From assembly GCF_006345805.1 (NCBI RefSeq), contig NC_043015.1:11470001-11534000 (forward strand): DNA of 64,000 bases. Reading direction: 5' to 3'. Positions within the stretch are counted from its first letter, which is position 1. Each line of letters starts with the position of its first letter. This stretch comes from Octopus sinensis (taxonomy: Eukaryota). Both the position numbers and the translations under genes were made by a program. The notes under the pieces are model-generated. The model did not search any database. It was not told the DNA's origin and was given only the letters and a program-made list of their open reading frames with translations. This document shows, piece by piece, positions 1 through 12,797 of this stretch.

Positions 1-24
1 GTTAGAAATGGTGTTCAGATATTA

Positions 25-223
25 AATATTCCTTTTAGTCTAGGCACAAGGCCCGAAATTTTAGGGAAGGGGCACTGTTGATAAGATCGATCTCAGTACT
101 GAACTGGTACTTAATTTATTGAAACCGAAAGGATGAAAAGCAAAGTCGAGCTCGGCGGAATTTGAACTCAGAACCGCTAGGCATTTCACACGGTATACTA
201 ACTTTTCTGCCTGCTCGCCGCCT
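25..223 (-). mobile_element. tRNA-headed SINE, family A (degraded)
   Basis: Reverse complement reads ggcggcgagcaggcag...gagttcaaattccgccgagctcgactttgcttttcatcctttcgg...aagtaccag. Same head, B-box-like GAGTTCAAATTCC and core as the copies at 4283-4697, 13628 and 26828. Confidence 0.85.
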
Positions 224-1084
224 TGTAGATATTGAATACTGACAAAAGAGGAGGTCACCAAACTTTTGGAAAAGTATTTTTTTTTTATTTATCCATTATT
301 ATAGCGCTTTCGTTCGTTTTTGAACTAGTCAAATACTTTTTTTGTGAATGTACAAACAGGTTATTTATTTATATAAAACATATTCTTTTGTTTTGTTGAT
401 AGATAGAGAGAGAGAGAGAGAGAAAGAGAAAGAGAGAGAGAGTGGGGGAGGAAGGGAGCCCCTTCAATTTTGACTTCTATTCATTTACTTAATCATTTAC
501 CATTCTATTGAAATGAGTTCAAGGATGGTGATCACCCCTAGGATGGGGTGCAGTCATCGCTGAAAGCATTTTTGTTTTTGCACAATTTTCTTTTTTACTG
601 CTTTTTCCTTTTTTCCTTTTTATCTTATGGTGCCAGAGGGAAGGTAAACTGTTCTATGAAAATTTAAATATATATGTATGTGTGTGTGAGTGTTTGCGTG
701 TGTATTTATGTGTTCCTGTGAGTTCTTGCGTTTGGAAAGATGTCTATGTATACACTGTAATTTCGATGTTTTGTATTGAAAATTAAAGTTAGTTTTCTTT
801 TAATTTCGTATTTTTGTATGAAAAAAACATCAGTATAATATTCACAAATTAGAAAAATAAATTCCCGTGTTATAGAGATGAGCATCATGCTATAAATATT
901 GGAGTAGAAACAACAGAAATAGTGTATTTTTTCTTTCCTTAAGGTGTTTTTCAATTTTTGGTTTTGCATGGACAAACGATGTTTACAAGTTAGAAACATA
1001 CGTAATGCTAGAGTATCACAATGCATATAATATATATATACATATATATATTATTATATTTTTTATCGTATTAATATTTGTGTA

Positions 1085-1366
1085 ACATTGTCCGTTTTTT
1101 TTTTTTCGTCCTCGTTTATGTATACATTCGATGCTTTCTTCAAAGGAATCTAATACTCTTAGCTTAGTTTTTCCTTGGGGCTAACCAGATTGGATCAATC
1201 TCAAGAATAATCAGCCGAAATTGCGAGGATAATCTGGTGCTTGACTGAAGAAAGAAAACTTCGAATGACCCGTACTTGTTTTCTTTGTATCGTTTATCTG
1301 GATGTTTTGCTGTTCCTTCTTGTATCACTTAACTGTCCGGATATTTTGCGTCCTTGTCACATTTTG

Positions 1367-1367
<1 letters not shown>
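1085..1367 (+). mobile_element. Repeat terminus ending in (TA)n, probably a PLE terminal (pLTR) fragment
   Basis: atcagccgaaattgcgaggat...cttgactgaaga...ttcgaatgacccgt...ttttgcgtccttgtcacattttgtatt(at)n is homologous to the reverse complement of 18608-18737. PLE assignment is inferred from adjacency to PLE sequence. Confidence 0.5.
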
Positions 1368-1400
<33 letters not shown>

Positions 1401-1559
1401 GCGTACGTACACTTTGTTCTCTCTCTATATATATATAGAGAGAGGTAGATAGATAGATTCGGATGAATATCGTACTTGAGGCACCAGAATTTAGTACGAT
1501 ATTATCCATACACTTTCAAAGTAAGGTTATTAAAATCAAATTAAACAACAAGGATATCC

Positions 1560-3110
1560 AGAGGTAATGCAGTACGATCGTTTCATGCAACAGGTGCATC
1601 TTGCCATGCTGTATGGGGTGTTTCTTTGTGTGATAGATGGCAAGTAGTAATTTAAATATTGGTGTATGTCATTTTTTTTGTTTTTTGTTTTTTGTAAAAT
1701 ATGTCTGTCGTGACTGTGGAGTTCTGTATTTTTATGTGGCTATCCAGGAATGGTTATTCATGGTAACTGGATTCTGTCGTGAATTTGATGGATGGGTGAT
1801 TGTGTTCAGTGTATTATTAAATATACTTAGGTCCTCATTTGTTCTCTCCTAAACATTGACGCAATCATCAAGGAAGCGTTTCCACTTTTTAATTGTATAT
1901 TTTTTATAATCCTGATCAAAAGTCTTCTCTACTTCCTCATAAGGTTTTTCTTCCAAGTAATCTATGACAAAGTTCGTATATGAGGGTGCAAACCGCGCTC
2001 CCATGGCCGTGCCTTTTGTGACGATATGACTTGTTATCGAATCTAAAGGTATTATTTCTAGTACCAGGCCTTGGTGATGAAGTCAGTCTTGAAGCATTCA
2101 TTTATCTGACCTCTATGTTTCTGTACCCAGATCTTGACTGCTTCCAGGACTAAAGTGTGAGGTATATTGATATAACGATTGGTTGACATTAAAATGTGTA
2201 AGTATAGTCCCTTCTGGGACAGTGGGTGGGAGGTGCAGGATGGAGTCTTTTCCATCCCGTATATAACTAGGTTTTGAAGGATACAAAGCTTTTAGGGGTA
2301 TATCTAAAAAGTGACTAAGTTGGTTTGTTGGTGCAGCACCAATATGGGTCTTAGTTTGAGGTCAGCAGGCCTTAATAGTTTTATGTATTTGTTCTTCTGC
2401 GTATGTATGGCATTTTGTATTTCGGAGCTTTTGTGTATTTTGAACAATCCGTAGAAATTGCGCTCTTTCATTACAGAGTTGCATATGTAATATTTCTCCT
2501 TGACTGTGAAGGAAACTTGGAATTCATTGATTAGTCTTCTGATTTTATTCATTATTGTTTTTTTCTGAGTGTCTTGGGTCTTCCTTATAATAAGTTTGGT
2601 TTGTTAACATTTCCCATATTTTATCTTTATAATACTCCTTCTCCATTATTACTCTCGCCCCTCCCTTATCGGCTTCTTTTAGGATGATTGATTTGTCATT
2701 CTTCATTGTTAGTAAGGTTTCCTGTTCTTCTTCACGAAGGTTTTGTTTGTATCTCTTGGTATTTAGGGGAAATTTGGGAATTGTATCTATATACGTGTCC
2801 AAATATTTGTCCTTTCCCTTGTAGGGGGTGAAGTGTGATTTGTTTCTGACTATTGATTCATCATGTATGTCCTTATTGCCGAAAACCTGTGTCAGAGGGG
2901 GTGGTTGAAGTGTTTAATTTTACATTTTAGTTTAATGGGATTAGGGGTGGGTGTCATGGTAAAGTCAAACCAGTCAATAGACTATATATTATTCATATAA
3001 ATACAGTGTACATTTCCCTTTAGAAATTACCCCTAATAGTGGTTTTGATTTTAACTACTCCTTCTAGCGGGTTAGATGTCCTATTATGACCATCTCTTAT
3101 TTGTTTAAAT
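1560..3110 (-). mobile_element. Degenerate Penelope-like retroelement, reverse transcriptase region (frameshifted, 3'-truncated)
   Basis: Minus-strand pieces carry PLE RT motifs: NLREEEQETLLTMKNDKSIILKEADKGG (2545-2802), YGLFKIHK...LRPIL (2304-2552), an HPSIKFT..PFLD-like segment near 1750-1800, and TDIHQYLNYY..RNTPYSMAR near 1600-1670. Confidence 0.85.
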
Positions 3111-3141
3111 GTACACTGTGTTTATATATATATATATATTC

Positions 3142-3308
3142 ATATGACGGGCTTCTTTCAGTTTCCGTCTTCCAAGTCCACTCATATGGCCTTGGTCAAC
3201 CTGAGGCTATAGTAGAAGACACTTACCCAAGGTGCCACGCAGGGTGATTGAACCTGAAACCATGTGGTTGGTAAGCAAGCTACTTACAACACGGCCAATT
3301 TTGCGCCT
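3142..3308 (-). mobile_element. tRNA-headed SINE, family B (5' half)
   Basis: Reverse complement ggcgcaaaattggccgtgttgtaagtagcttgcttaccaaccacatggtttcaggttcaatc...ggaaactgaaagaagcccgtc matches the 5' half of the copies at 37971 and 46554. Confidence 0.85.
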
Positions 3309-4282
3309 ATATATCTTTATATATTCGCATATACACACACAGAGGCATACTCCGACACACACATATATAAATGTATATATATATATATAGTGCAATATTT
3401 TGGAATAAATATTTGCACACGCAACCATTTTTTAATATATGTATGTATGTATGTATATATATATGTGTGTGTGTGTTTGTGTGTGTGTGTGAGTATGTGT
3501 GTATATGTGTGTGTGTGTGTATACACGTTCTTGCATACATATATGATACATTTATATATGTGCGTGTGTAAGTGTATTTGCACGTGTGTGTATGTCTATG
3601 TGTTTGTGTGAGTGTATGTGTTTATGTGTATGTGTTTGTGTATGTATTTCGTAGAAGGAAGTTGACAGAAGCCTATGGTAAGTATATGTGTGTGTATTGG
3701 TGTGGAGGTCTGTGTTTGTTTGTGAATGTGTGTGTGTATGTGTGTGTGTTTTTTTGTTTGCGTATGCGCGAGCCTACGAGTATAAATTAAACAAGAATGC
3801 AAGAAAACATATTTGTAGAGTGAAACGAAAAACTGTTGTTGTCAGGTTGTCTCCCCGTATTCAGTGAAAACGTAGGTTAGTGTCCGCTTCGAAGCACACA
3901 AAACCAAGTTATCAATTCATCATCATTTGAATGGGAACACATAAGAGTAACTCCAACGACCGCAGCAGCAACTGCAGCAACAACGGCAACAGCCACAGAT
4001 ACAGCAACATATTGCTCCCTCAGTATTAACATTTCAATGTTAAATATAAAAGCAACGATGGCAATACAATGCATTATCATGATAAAAATTTAAACGAAAG
4101 AGAGAATGTATAGTATTGCAGTTGTATCCTAGTATCTCCTGTATGACGCTATTTTCTATTTATAACAAACGCTTCGTTGTGTGTAATATAGAATACAGCG
4201 TGACTTTAAGGAATACCAAGGGTCCCCCACTCATGTTTTTGTAAAGTGTACAAATCAATTTTTTCTATTTACAATAATTTCT

Positions 4283-4697
4283 TATTTCTTTATTGCCCAC
4301 AAGGGGCTAAACATAGAGGGGACAAACAAGGACAGACAAAGGGATTAAGTCGATTACATTGACCCCAGTGCGCAACTGCTACTTATTTATCTACCCCGAA
4401 AGGATGAAAGGCATAGTCGACCTCGGCGGAATTTGAACTCAAAACGTAACAGCAGATGAAATACCTATTTCTTTACTACCCACAAGGGGCTAAACACAGA
4501 GAGAACAAATAAGGACAGACAAAGGGATTAAGTCGATTATATCGATCCCAGTGCGTAACTGGTACTTATTTTATCGACCCCGAAAGGATGAAAGCAAAGT
4601 CGACCTCGGCGGAATTTGAACTCAGAACGTAACGGCAGATGAAATACCGCTAAGCATTTCGCCCGGCGTGCTAACGTTTCTGCCAGTTCGCCGCCTT
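4283..4697 (-). mobile_element. Family A SINE tandem: full copy 4466-4697 plus headless copy 4283-4465
   Basis: Two consecutive near-identical units tatttcttta(c/t)t(a/g)cccacaaggggctaaaca...gtcgacctcggcggaatttgaactc. Only the right unit keeps the tRNA-like head. Confidence 0.92.
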
Positions 4698-7593
4698 ACA
4701 ATAAATTCTGATAAGTAACTATGCTACTTTTTTTATGAAATTTAGTAGTCTTTTGAGTTGCTTGTCTTCATTAGTATTTAATTTCACCTTGGGAGTGAAG
4801 ATTAAGATCTAAGTCGAGTGCTACGATATTTAGGATTCAGAATATAAAACGTCTATTTTATGGCTTAGAGGAGGAAGCACGTAAACCCATAATTAAATGT
4901 GAGACCTGTAAGATAGGTAGGAAAGGAAGGAACCAGCAGAACCCGCTTTAACTTTAAGGTTCGAATTCCTGACCTGCTGAGAGCATTGTAAATCTAGATT
5001 CCTCCACTGAGTTCTATCGGCTGTTAATTTTGCACAGCCATTCTACGTGATGTTAACTGTCTTCAGGTTATTTTCAATGACCGCCGCTATCGGATCGTCG
5101 GCTTGTTCCTCTTACACATACTGACAGCTATCACTGGTGAGTTCATATGTTGCTTCGTGTAGATGGAGAATGTGGCCAACCAAAGAAAGTCGGCACTCTT
5201 TTACAATCTTTCGCAATGCCTGTGAAAGATAGCGGTGCCAAACGCGGTGAAGAAGCATGATGTGCCAGGTTGCAATGGGGTCGCATAAAAACTCAGGAAT
5301 CCCTTAAGAAATGACCGGAGAAATTCATGAGAACACTCGAAATAAGTGGATAGAGGTGGAAAATCATCACAAATTTGGGCCCTTATGAAAGTGGGAAGTG
5401 TAATAAGACATTATATTATTTATTCTGAGACGAGACAACTATACGTGTAGAGAATGCTTTCTAAAGGCTGAATTCGACAAAGAAGACCAACATATCTAGT
5501 GGTGATATTGAAAGTCTATCCTAAGAAACATCTTGTGCGGTGCACTATTGATAATCACTATTTGCTAAGTTACATAATAAACAATTAGCAGGAAATATTT
5601 CGAATGAACAAACTAAATGAATTAAGGTTTCATTGTAGCCTGTGGTCAAATCCTGAAATCTAATGTGAATTTATGCAAACATGATTCTTTAATCTGCTGG
5701 TAATTTACTAAGAATCCATGATGCAAGTATACACATATCACCCGATTCATATTGGCTCAAGAGTAAATACTTGCAACCACAGAATAAATTTGATTGAATG
5801 CTGACTTCTATATGCCTGAGTGGCCATTCATTTGATCGAACGGAAATGGGAAAGGCAAAACGGCACTAGTGGGATTTTTATTCAAAGTTTTACGCAGCGG
5901 AAATAAATATTGCAAGGCGTTTGCTACTTCAAATAAAACACCATACTATATGAATAATAAATATTTATCTATGGGTGGATATATGTGCGTAAATCTGTAT
6001 ATGTATATGAAAAGATGTTCGTGTGTATGTGTTTGTGCATGTGTGTGTCTGTACGTGTATAAGCGTATTTAATATTCATTAATTTTGAAATATATTCTTA
6101 GCAAAACCAAATAATATTTAGAGCTAAACACCAATTTTTATTGGCAAATCATGACTAGTCATTCCATTATCCAGCTTCAAGTCTAATCGAATTTCCATCA
6201 TCGTTTTTAGGTAGAGCTAAACGCAAACAACACCCACCATAACCTCATGACGTAAAACTAGCAAATTCATATCCTTGAAAGTTTATCACCAACGCTACAG
6301 CGATTAGCAAACTATTGCCACATAACCACTAACTAAAAATTTATAAGATGAAGAAAATGGTATTACTTATCAGCGTAATATCTGAGAAACCTACGACATT
6401 AGAAAGTAGCTTATCTCACAGAAATTCCAGACGACTTCTATATTACTTTAATATCTGTCAAATGACAAAGTTCAATTTTTCTGAAAATAAACCGTATGTG
6501 GCATAGGCCTTTATTTTCCCACTGAACTTTCGTATCACACAGACCGGAGTTTCAATCTAATGAACAATGTTTTTCATTCACTGTATTTCGATTATTTTTT
6601 AGCTCTTTTTTTATATAGATAATGAATAATATCAGAGCTGCGGTTTGGTTACTATAAGAATGGACTTCCTGTTATTATAGTTGATATTTGATAGTGTTCG
6701 TCGTGTTCATGTTGGTGATAAGGCTGATTGTGAGAGATGATTTTTATTTTGTGAGCGAAGATTATATTTTTACATTTATTTTAAAATATATTTTTTCCTG
6801 TCATCTTAGTCTATTCAATTTATTTTAGAGGATAAATCATCTTTTCTCTTTATTTTTTCACACACATATAACCTATATACGTGAATCTCTGTCTGAGGGA
6901 GGGGAACTACACACATATATATATAGAGAGAGAGAGAAATTGTGCGGAGAAGAAAATAATGTTCATTATAACAGCATTAACCCCTTGACCTAAAAACAAT
7001 AAGTGAGGTTGAAGACGTCTCCGACTTAATATTGTCACTTTGCAAGATATAAAGTTAGAACACCGCACTTCAAATCATTAGAAATTCTGAAATATCTGTT
7101 GGGATTCAACGGTTGATATTTGTCCTGAGCTTTCATTATTTTTGTTGTTGTTTTTTTTTTGTCAGCAAATTCATTCCTAAATTTACGGTCATCTATACCA
7201 TTTACCTCCCTTTCCAGTACATCACCCGTTTACAACATCATTTTGTCCTTTATGCAATGGATCCATCTGTGTTTTGCGTAGACTGAACTTTAAATATCAA
7301 CCACATCAATTTACCCAGTAACATAGGATCATTATGGGCTTTAAGTCCCTGTTATTTTAACTTCTTTAAAGAGGGGCTTAATTATCTTGGCACAAGCTCA
7401 AAATCTAAGCCGATGATAAAGCCACAATTTCCAGTTCATTACATTTAGTCTACCTTAATATACTAAAAGTAGAAAAATACACGACAAAGAAAAACGTTTT
7501 GCAACATGCTTTATTTACAATTTTTGTTTTGTCTGATTCACTGAAATTACATTACGAGAGATTGTTTCAATGAAAATTCTACCCGCTAGTTAT

Positions 7594-7811
7594 CACCTTG
7601 ATCACCTTGACCGACCAGTCCGTCGAGCGTCCATTTGACACCGCTGGTCACAGCACGCTGTCCACTCCTCTCTGGATCGCGCCTTTCTTATCCACGTGAT
7701 CCCAATCGTCCTCCTGAAATCGTAACTCCACCGTCGTAGAGGCCTTCCGGGTGGTCGTTTGCGCTCGCGTGGATACCACTCGACAACTGCGCGGGGCCAC
7801 TGATTATTTGA
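7594..7811 (-). mobile_element. 5'-truncated RTE-clade LINE 3' end with 13-bp target-site duplication
   Basis: ACCCGCTAGTTAT at 7581-7593 and 7812-7824. Minus strand is open: QWPRAVVEWYPRERKRPPGRPLRRWSYDFRRTIGITWIRKARSREEWTACCDQRCQMDARRTGRSR*, an RTE C-terminus, followed by a (tcaaggtga)2 tail. Confidence 0.9.
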
Positions 7812-8789
7812 ACCCGCTAGTTATAGCGGATAAAATCTATCAAATTGAAAACGATCACTTAAAAATAATCCAAAACATTATGGGATGCATGAATTTTTTT
7901 CGCTAGAAAATATGATGGTATAGTTATATTAGAATGCATTTGATGCATAGGTCTGAGTTATTAGGGCTGAGTTTGGGCCGGTTGCAAAAACCAAGAGTAT
8001 GCCAGTCGAGAAAACGGCCAAGTATTGTAGATTACATGTTTTCTTGGTTGACGACAAAAGGCACACAACTCTTTCTCAAATCACCCCCAAGCAGATTAAA
8101 GTGTGATATACATTGGTTAATGTAGTCCCCTATGTTCATATCAGTAGCGTTGTTGATGTTAACAATCATTTCATTATGAATCAATTTCATTAGTTTTGAC
8201 AAGCTGCAAAAAAAAATTCCAAGAATACAGTTTACAATTTTAGAAGGTCTTTTTGTATCCCAATCACGGAAATCATCTATACCTGTTTAATCCTCCTTTT
8301 GTCATCAAAATAAGCAAGGTGTCTATTCTTTATGTCTTCATCGGCATATGCTAGTCATCGAGATGATTATCGTGATCAACATCATCATCATCATCATTAT
8401 TATAGTCTCTATGACTTAGAAAATTACATTACTCATATCTTCAGCAGCGCAACTTCGAGAGCCCTCAGCCTTCGTGTTTTTATCTACGTACGTATCCATG
8501 ATTACTCTCAAGTTTATTCCATGTTCATGCAGATCTGTTTATTTCTCGTATCTTCACGATATTCTGTCGAACTCCCTCTTTATCATATCTTCATAAACCT
8601 ATTGTTTGGAACTTTGTAAAATTCACATCTTCAAGAGGGAACAGAAACTGGCTTGCAGTTTCTCTCATCCTCGCTATATTTCGTTTCCTATTGTACACAT
8701 TCCTTTCACTAAAATCGTGAATTTATAGAAGATTACTTTTAGCCAACTGAATGTACCCACGAGATACCCAGTATCTGCTTTGAACATTC

Positions 8790-9100
8790 TCTTACCGATC
8801 CTGAAAAAGGAAAGATTAAACGGTCTGCTGCTGGACTTGAATTCAGAACGTGAAAAGCCCGAAATACGGCTAAGTATGTCTGCCTATGAGATAACGATTC
8901 TGCCAGCTCATCACCATTTTAATAATAATCCTTTCTAATATACACAAAAGGCCTGAAAATGTAAGGGCGGAAATACACGAATACCTTGACCCCAGTGCGC
9001 AAATGGTACTTATTTTATCGACCCCAAAGTTATGTAATGTAAAGTCGAACTGACGAAATGCCGCTAAGCATTTCCCAGCGTGCTAATGATTCTACGAATT
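8790..9100 (-). mobile_element. Two adjacent degraded family A SINE copies
   Basis: Core fragments gaattcagaacgtgaaaagcccgaaatacggctaag and gaccccagtgcgcaaatggtacttattttatcgacccc. Confidence 0.7.
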
Positions 9101-10212
9101 CATTCACTGCCTTTTTGATAATAAGAATGATAATAATAAAAGATATTTACTTTATTGGTCCTTGAGTGTTGAAAGGAAAGATTACCCATTCATGAATAGA
9201 ACAGAAAATTGAAACTGTTATAACTTAATACCACAAGAGATTTAACCCAACGCTCTACTGTGACATTAATTCTACTGGTTTACAAAAAAAAAGTATATTA
9301 GTATATTGCCTTAAACGTTGTTTAACTAAATGAAGAATGACGTTGACGACATTCCAGACATCTATTTATTTGTGGCTTCATGTTACGACTTCTCAAGATT
9401 AATTTTTGATGATTTAAAAGATGAAATTATAGCGACAGAGTATACACGATATATTCAGCTTTATCATTTACACAATCATTATTCGCCACCCAGTATTGAA
9501 TACTTTTTTTTTTATTATTGTTACCTATATATAAATTGTATAAACATTTGTGTTCATACATTGGCATGTATTTCCAAAAATTCTGTTGGAAAAATACTGT
9601 CGAATAAACCGTTCTAATGAATCACTAATATGTTTTTTAACTACGTTAAGATTTTAACCAGGTATATAAGGTGTCGGAAGTAAACATGTGAGGAAAATTT
9701 AATCAGACATATTGCTTTATCCAACATATTGCACAAAGAAATTTGTTGTTGTGAAAGTGTCTGGTTGCCGCGAGGAAAAAACAAATTCTGACGTTTCAAA
9801 TAAAAATGCTTCTACGACATATTGACACATACACACATCTCTTAGGTTTAATTAATATCGTTCATGGTATGTACTGTTACTAGTTTTCCTCTGATTCCGA
9901 ATTTTACCATCTCATTAAAGGCATAACGCTCATTAGCAGAATGATAGAATAAGTAGCGAATGAGATATATGATATATCTAAGGTAGTTAGAAGGTGAAGA
10001 GAGCTAGAAACGTAATAAAATGGAAATAGAGGGAAGGACAGTTTTTTACATTTTCATATACAACATCGATCTCATTAAAAGTAGCATCATCGCTACAATA
10101 ACGGATTTGCATCTAATTTGTGATAAGAATTCCACATATTTATTTACGGTTATGTTATTTTTTTTATTTACATATCTTAACCTCAGGGGTCCATTATTAT
10201 AGAATCAGTTTT

Positions 10213-10412
10213 ATGGCAACAGGCTGCCAGAATTGCTAGTACGCCGAGCAAAATGCTTTACGGCATTTCGTTTGTTTTTATGTTTTGAGTTCAAATTCTG
10301 CCGACGTCGAATTGTGTTTCATTCTTTGGGAATTGGTAAAATAAGAACCAGTTGAAACAGTAGATCAGTGTAAAAGACTAGCTCCCTTTAGACCTTGTGT
10401 CTATAGTAGAAA
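10213..10412 (+). mobile_element. Family A SINE, degraded
   Basis: tggcaacaggctgccagaattgctagtacgccgagcaaaatgc...gagttcaaattctgccgacgtcga...ggtaaaataagaaccag. Confidence 0.75.
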
Positions 10413-11169
10413 TAATTATAATATCAGAAGTTACTATCATACAAAGCATAACAATGAACGTGGCTAGACCATTTCATTGCAATAGTTATTACACGGATGT
10501 CTCTGCACATGTCGCTTCAGCTATTTTGCCCTGATAGCCTTCATAAAATTCTCTATCGTCCTGACGATTACAACTATTCTCTTCCGTTACCAACGAATCA
10601 GGGGCATAGACTGACATCTACTTTCCCTTTTTGCTAATAATTCTGTCCTACCTCGAAGCATTCGATCAGTAAATCGCAGCTTCTGAAATGAGTGTACTGT
10701 AGAAAGTGTCGGCTTCGGAGACGTCCCACAACTACAGACAAGCGGAGACGTGCGGAAAACATTTTTAATAAAAATAGAATTAAATGAAGTTTTTCACCAA
10801 ATTTTCAAGGATGGAGCAAATTAATGGAATTTGAAATTTTGATTTCAATAGATCTGCAAAAGCCAAACAATGTTTCGGTCCGTCTGGTTCGCTGCAATAT
10901 TACGATTTCAATTTCAATTATTACATTATACTATATATTCTCAATGGTTGGGTTTCATGGTAATGTTGTTCCGTATAATGTAAAAGAATCTCACTATATA
11001 TGCTTTTGTTTCGAAATATTTTTACGACGCATTCTAAATGTATTTCAATTGGAGTTGGGATTGGAAATTTCATATATTACCTGACAAATAGGTAGAACTC
11101 AAGCTTTAGATTAAGAATAAATTACTTTACACCCACGCATAAAATCATGTACCCACACACAATTCTAGC

Positions 11170-11569
11170 ATATACATATATACATAAATACATACATATA
11201 TATACATATATATATGCATATATATATATATATATATATGCATATGTTTTCTGTGTGTGTGTGTGTGTGTGTACGCATGTACATAGACACACCCACCCAT
11301 ATATATACATATATATATATATATATATTATATATAATATATATATTATATTGATAGATAAACAAATAGTTGTACAGAGTGTGCTTATAGAGACAACACA
11401 TTTGTATATACTAACAATTCATATGTGCACCTATATTCTATCGTTTTCTATGTCTTTACACTCAATACGCACACACTGTATTTTCATACAAACCTAATCC
11501 CTATCTCTCTCTTTTCCTCTCTCTTCTCTCTCTCTATATATGTGTTTGTGTGAGCCAAGGTACGTATGC

Positions 11570-11608
<39 letters not shown>

Positions 11609-11765
11609 TATTTATACATATATATATGTATGTTTATATACATATATATATGTATATATAAATATATATATATGTATATATACATAGATGTATATATATA
11701 TATAAACATATATATATATACATATATACACATCCAGCCATCCATCTATCCATACGTACATAGAT

Positions 11766-11796
<31 letters not shown>

Positions 11797-11870
11797 AATT
11801 GTTATACACAGTCACACACGAACACACACATACACACACCCTCACACTCATACACACACATACATATTCA
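11170..11870. repeat. Compound (TA)n/(CA)n/(GT)n/(CT)n microsatellite field
   Basis: Seen directly; it explains the YI/CV/HT-rich ORFs here. Confidence 0.95.
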
Positions 11871-12756
11871 TCTACACAAAATTTTTATATACGTCTCGCA
11901 CACTTTCTAATGTTTTTCCTGCATTCAATCCTAGAATAATCTAAATTGAACTAAATTTATATAATTTAATACATTAATTTGATTGTTTATCGATCGTGAG
12001 GAATTTATTTTTTACCAACTATCCATAATAAATAAACGGAGAGCATAGATCCGTTACTAGTGTACGAATTACCTTTGTATCTTTTATTCAGCGATCCGAA
12101 CAGGAAGTGCAGAGCCCATCACTTTTGTAGCCAGTGTTTTAACGATAATATACAGATTTTCTCTATAGAGGAATGTACGTGGGAAACAGTTACCAGATAT
12201 TGAGTCATAAAGAATCATCGTACTAGCACCAGAAGGGTGTGAGAGGAAAATTAACACATACAAAGGTTAGTAGTTACAGTTAGGTGCTATTTCATTCTCT
12301 GTTGAAAGGCCCCATGGGATGCGATCTAAAAAGAAGAAAAAAAGCATCAATAGCGCCTCTTTTGTATTGGAGGAAGTCTGAACAATAAAGGAGGTGGATC
12401 TCTAAGATGCACGAATTTCAAGTATCATAAAAAATCCACGTAAATTATGATGCTTAGATTCTGCCAGTATTTGGTTGTTAAACTGCTGAACAAGATATAA
12501 GAAGATTGCTGGACGGCAATTTTCTCAGTGACTTTGTATGAAAATGCTGTCACATTTCAGAAACGTAAGTCACAGAATATGATGAAGAGGGTTAAGGTGA
12601 ATTGAAAAAGTCTACGTATCGTACACATGACTCATTATTGGGCTGCAGGAGAAGATATATATTTATACACACACATACACACACATATGTATATATGTAT
12701 ACGTTTATTAAAGCTGTACTATTTTCTCCAACTTGTTTTGCGTTTATGTGCTTACT

Positions 12757-12797
<41 letters not shown>

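Noticed and set aside
1240-1280. CTGAAGA...CGAA hammerhead-like string (also at 18665-18700, minus strand)
   Set aside because: GAA is followed by U rather than A15.1, and no stem I or NUH triplet can be formed.
3207-3802. Many overlapping 66-115 aa ORFs rich in YI/CV/HT (also at 11122-11857, 19688-20081, 22796-23560, 31424-31965, 62935-63785)
   Set aside because: They are translations of (TA)n, (CA)n and (GT)n microsatellites that happen to lack stop codons.
8032-8203. Minus-strand acceptor followed by a 56-codon open frame (LSKLMKLIHNEM...VVNQENM*)
   Set aside because: No convincing donor and no recognisable homology; this length is reachable by chance.
8401-8450. Minus-strand CTGAAGA-TATGA...TCATA-GAGA motif
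   Set aside because: It has GAGA instead of GAAA, with no stem I or stem III; at most an unrecognisable relic.
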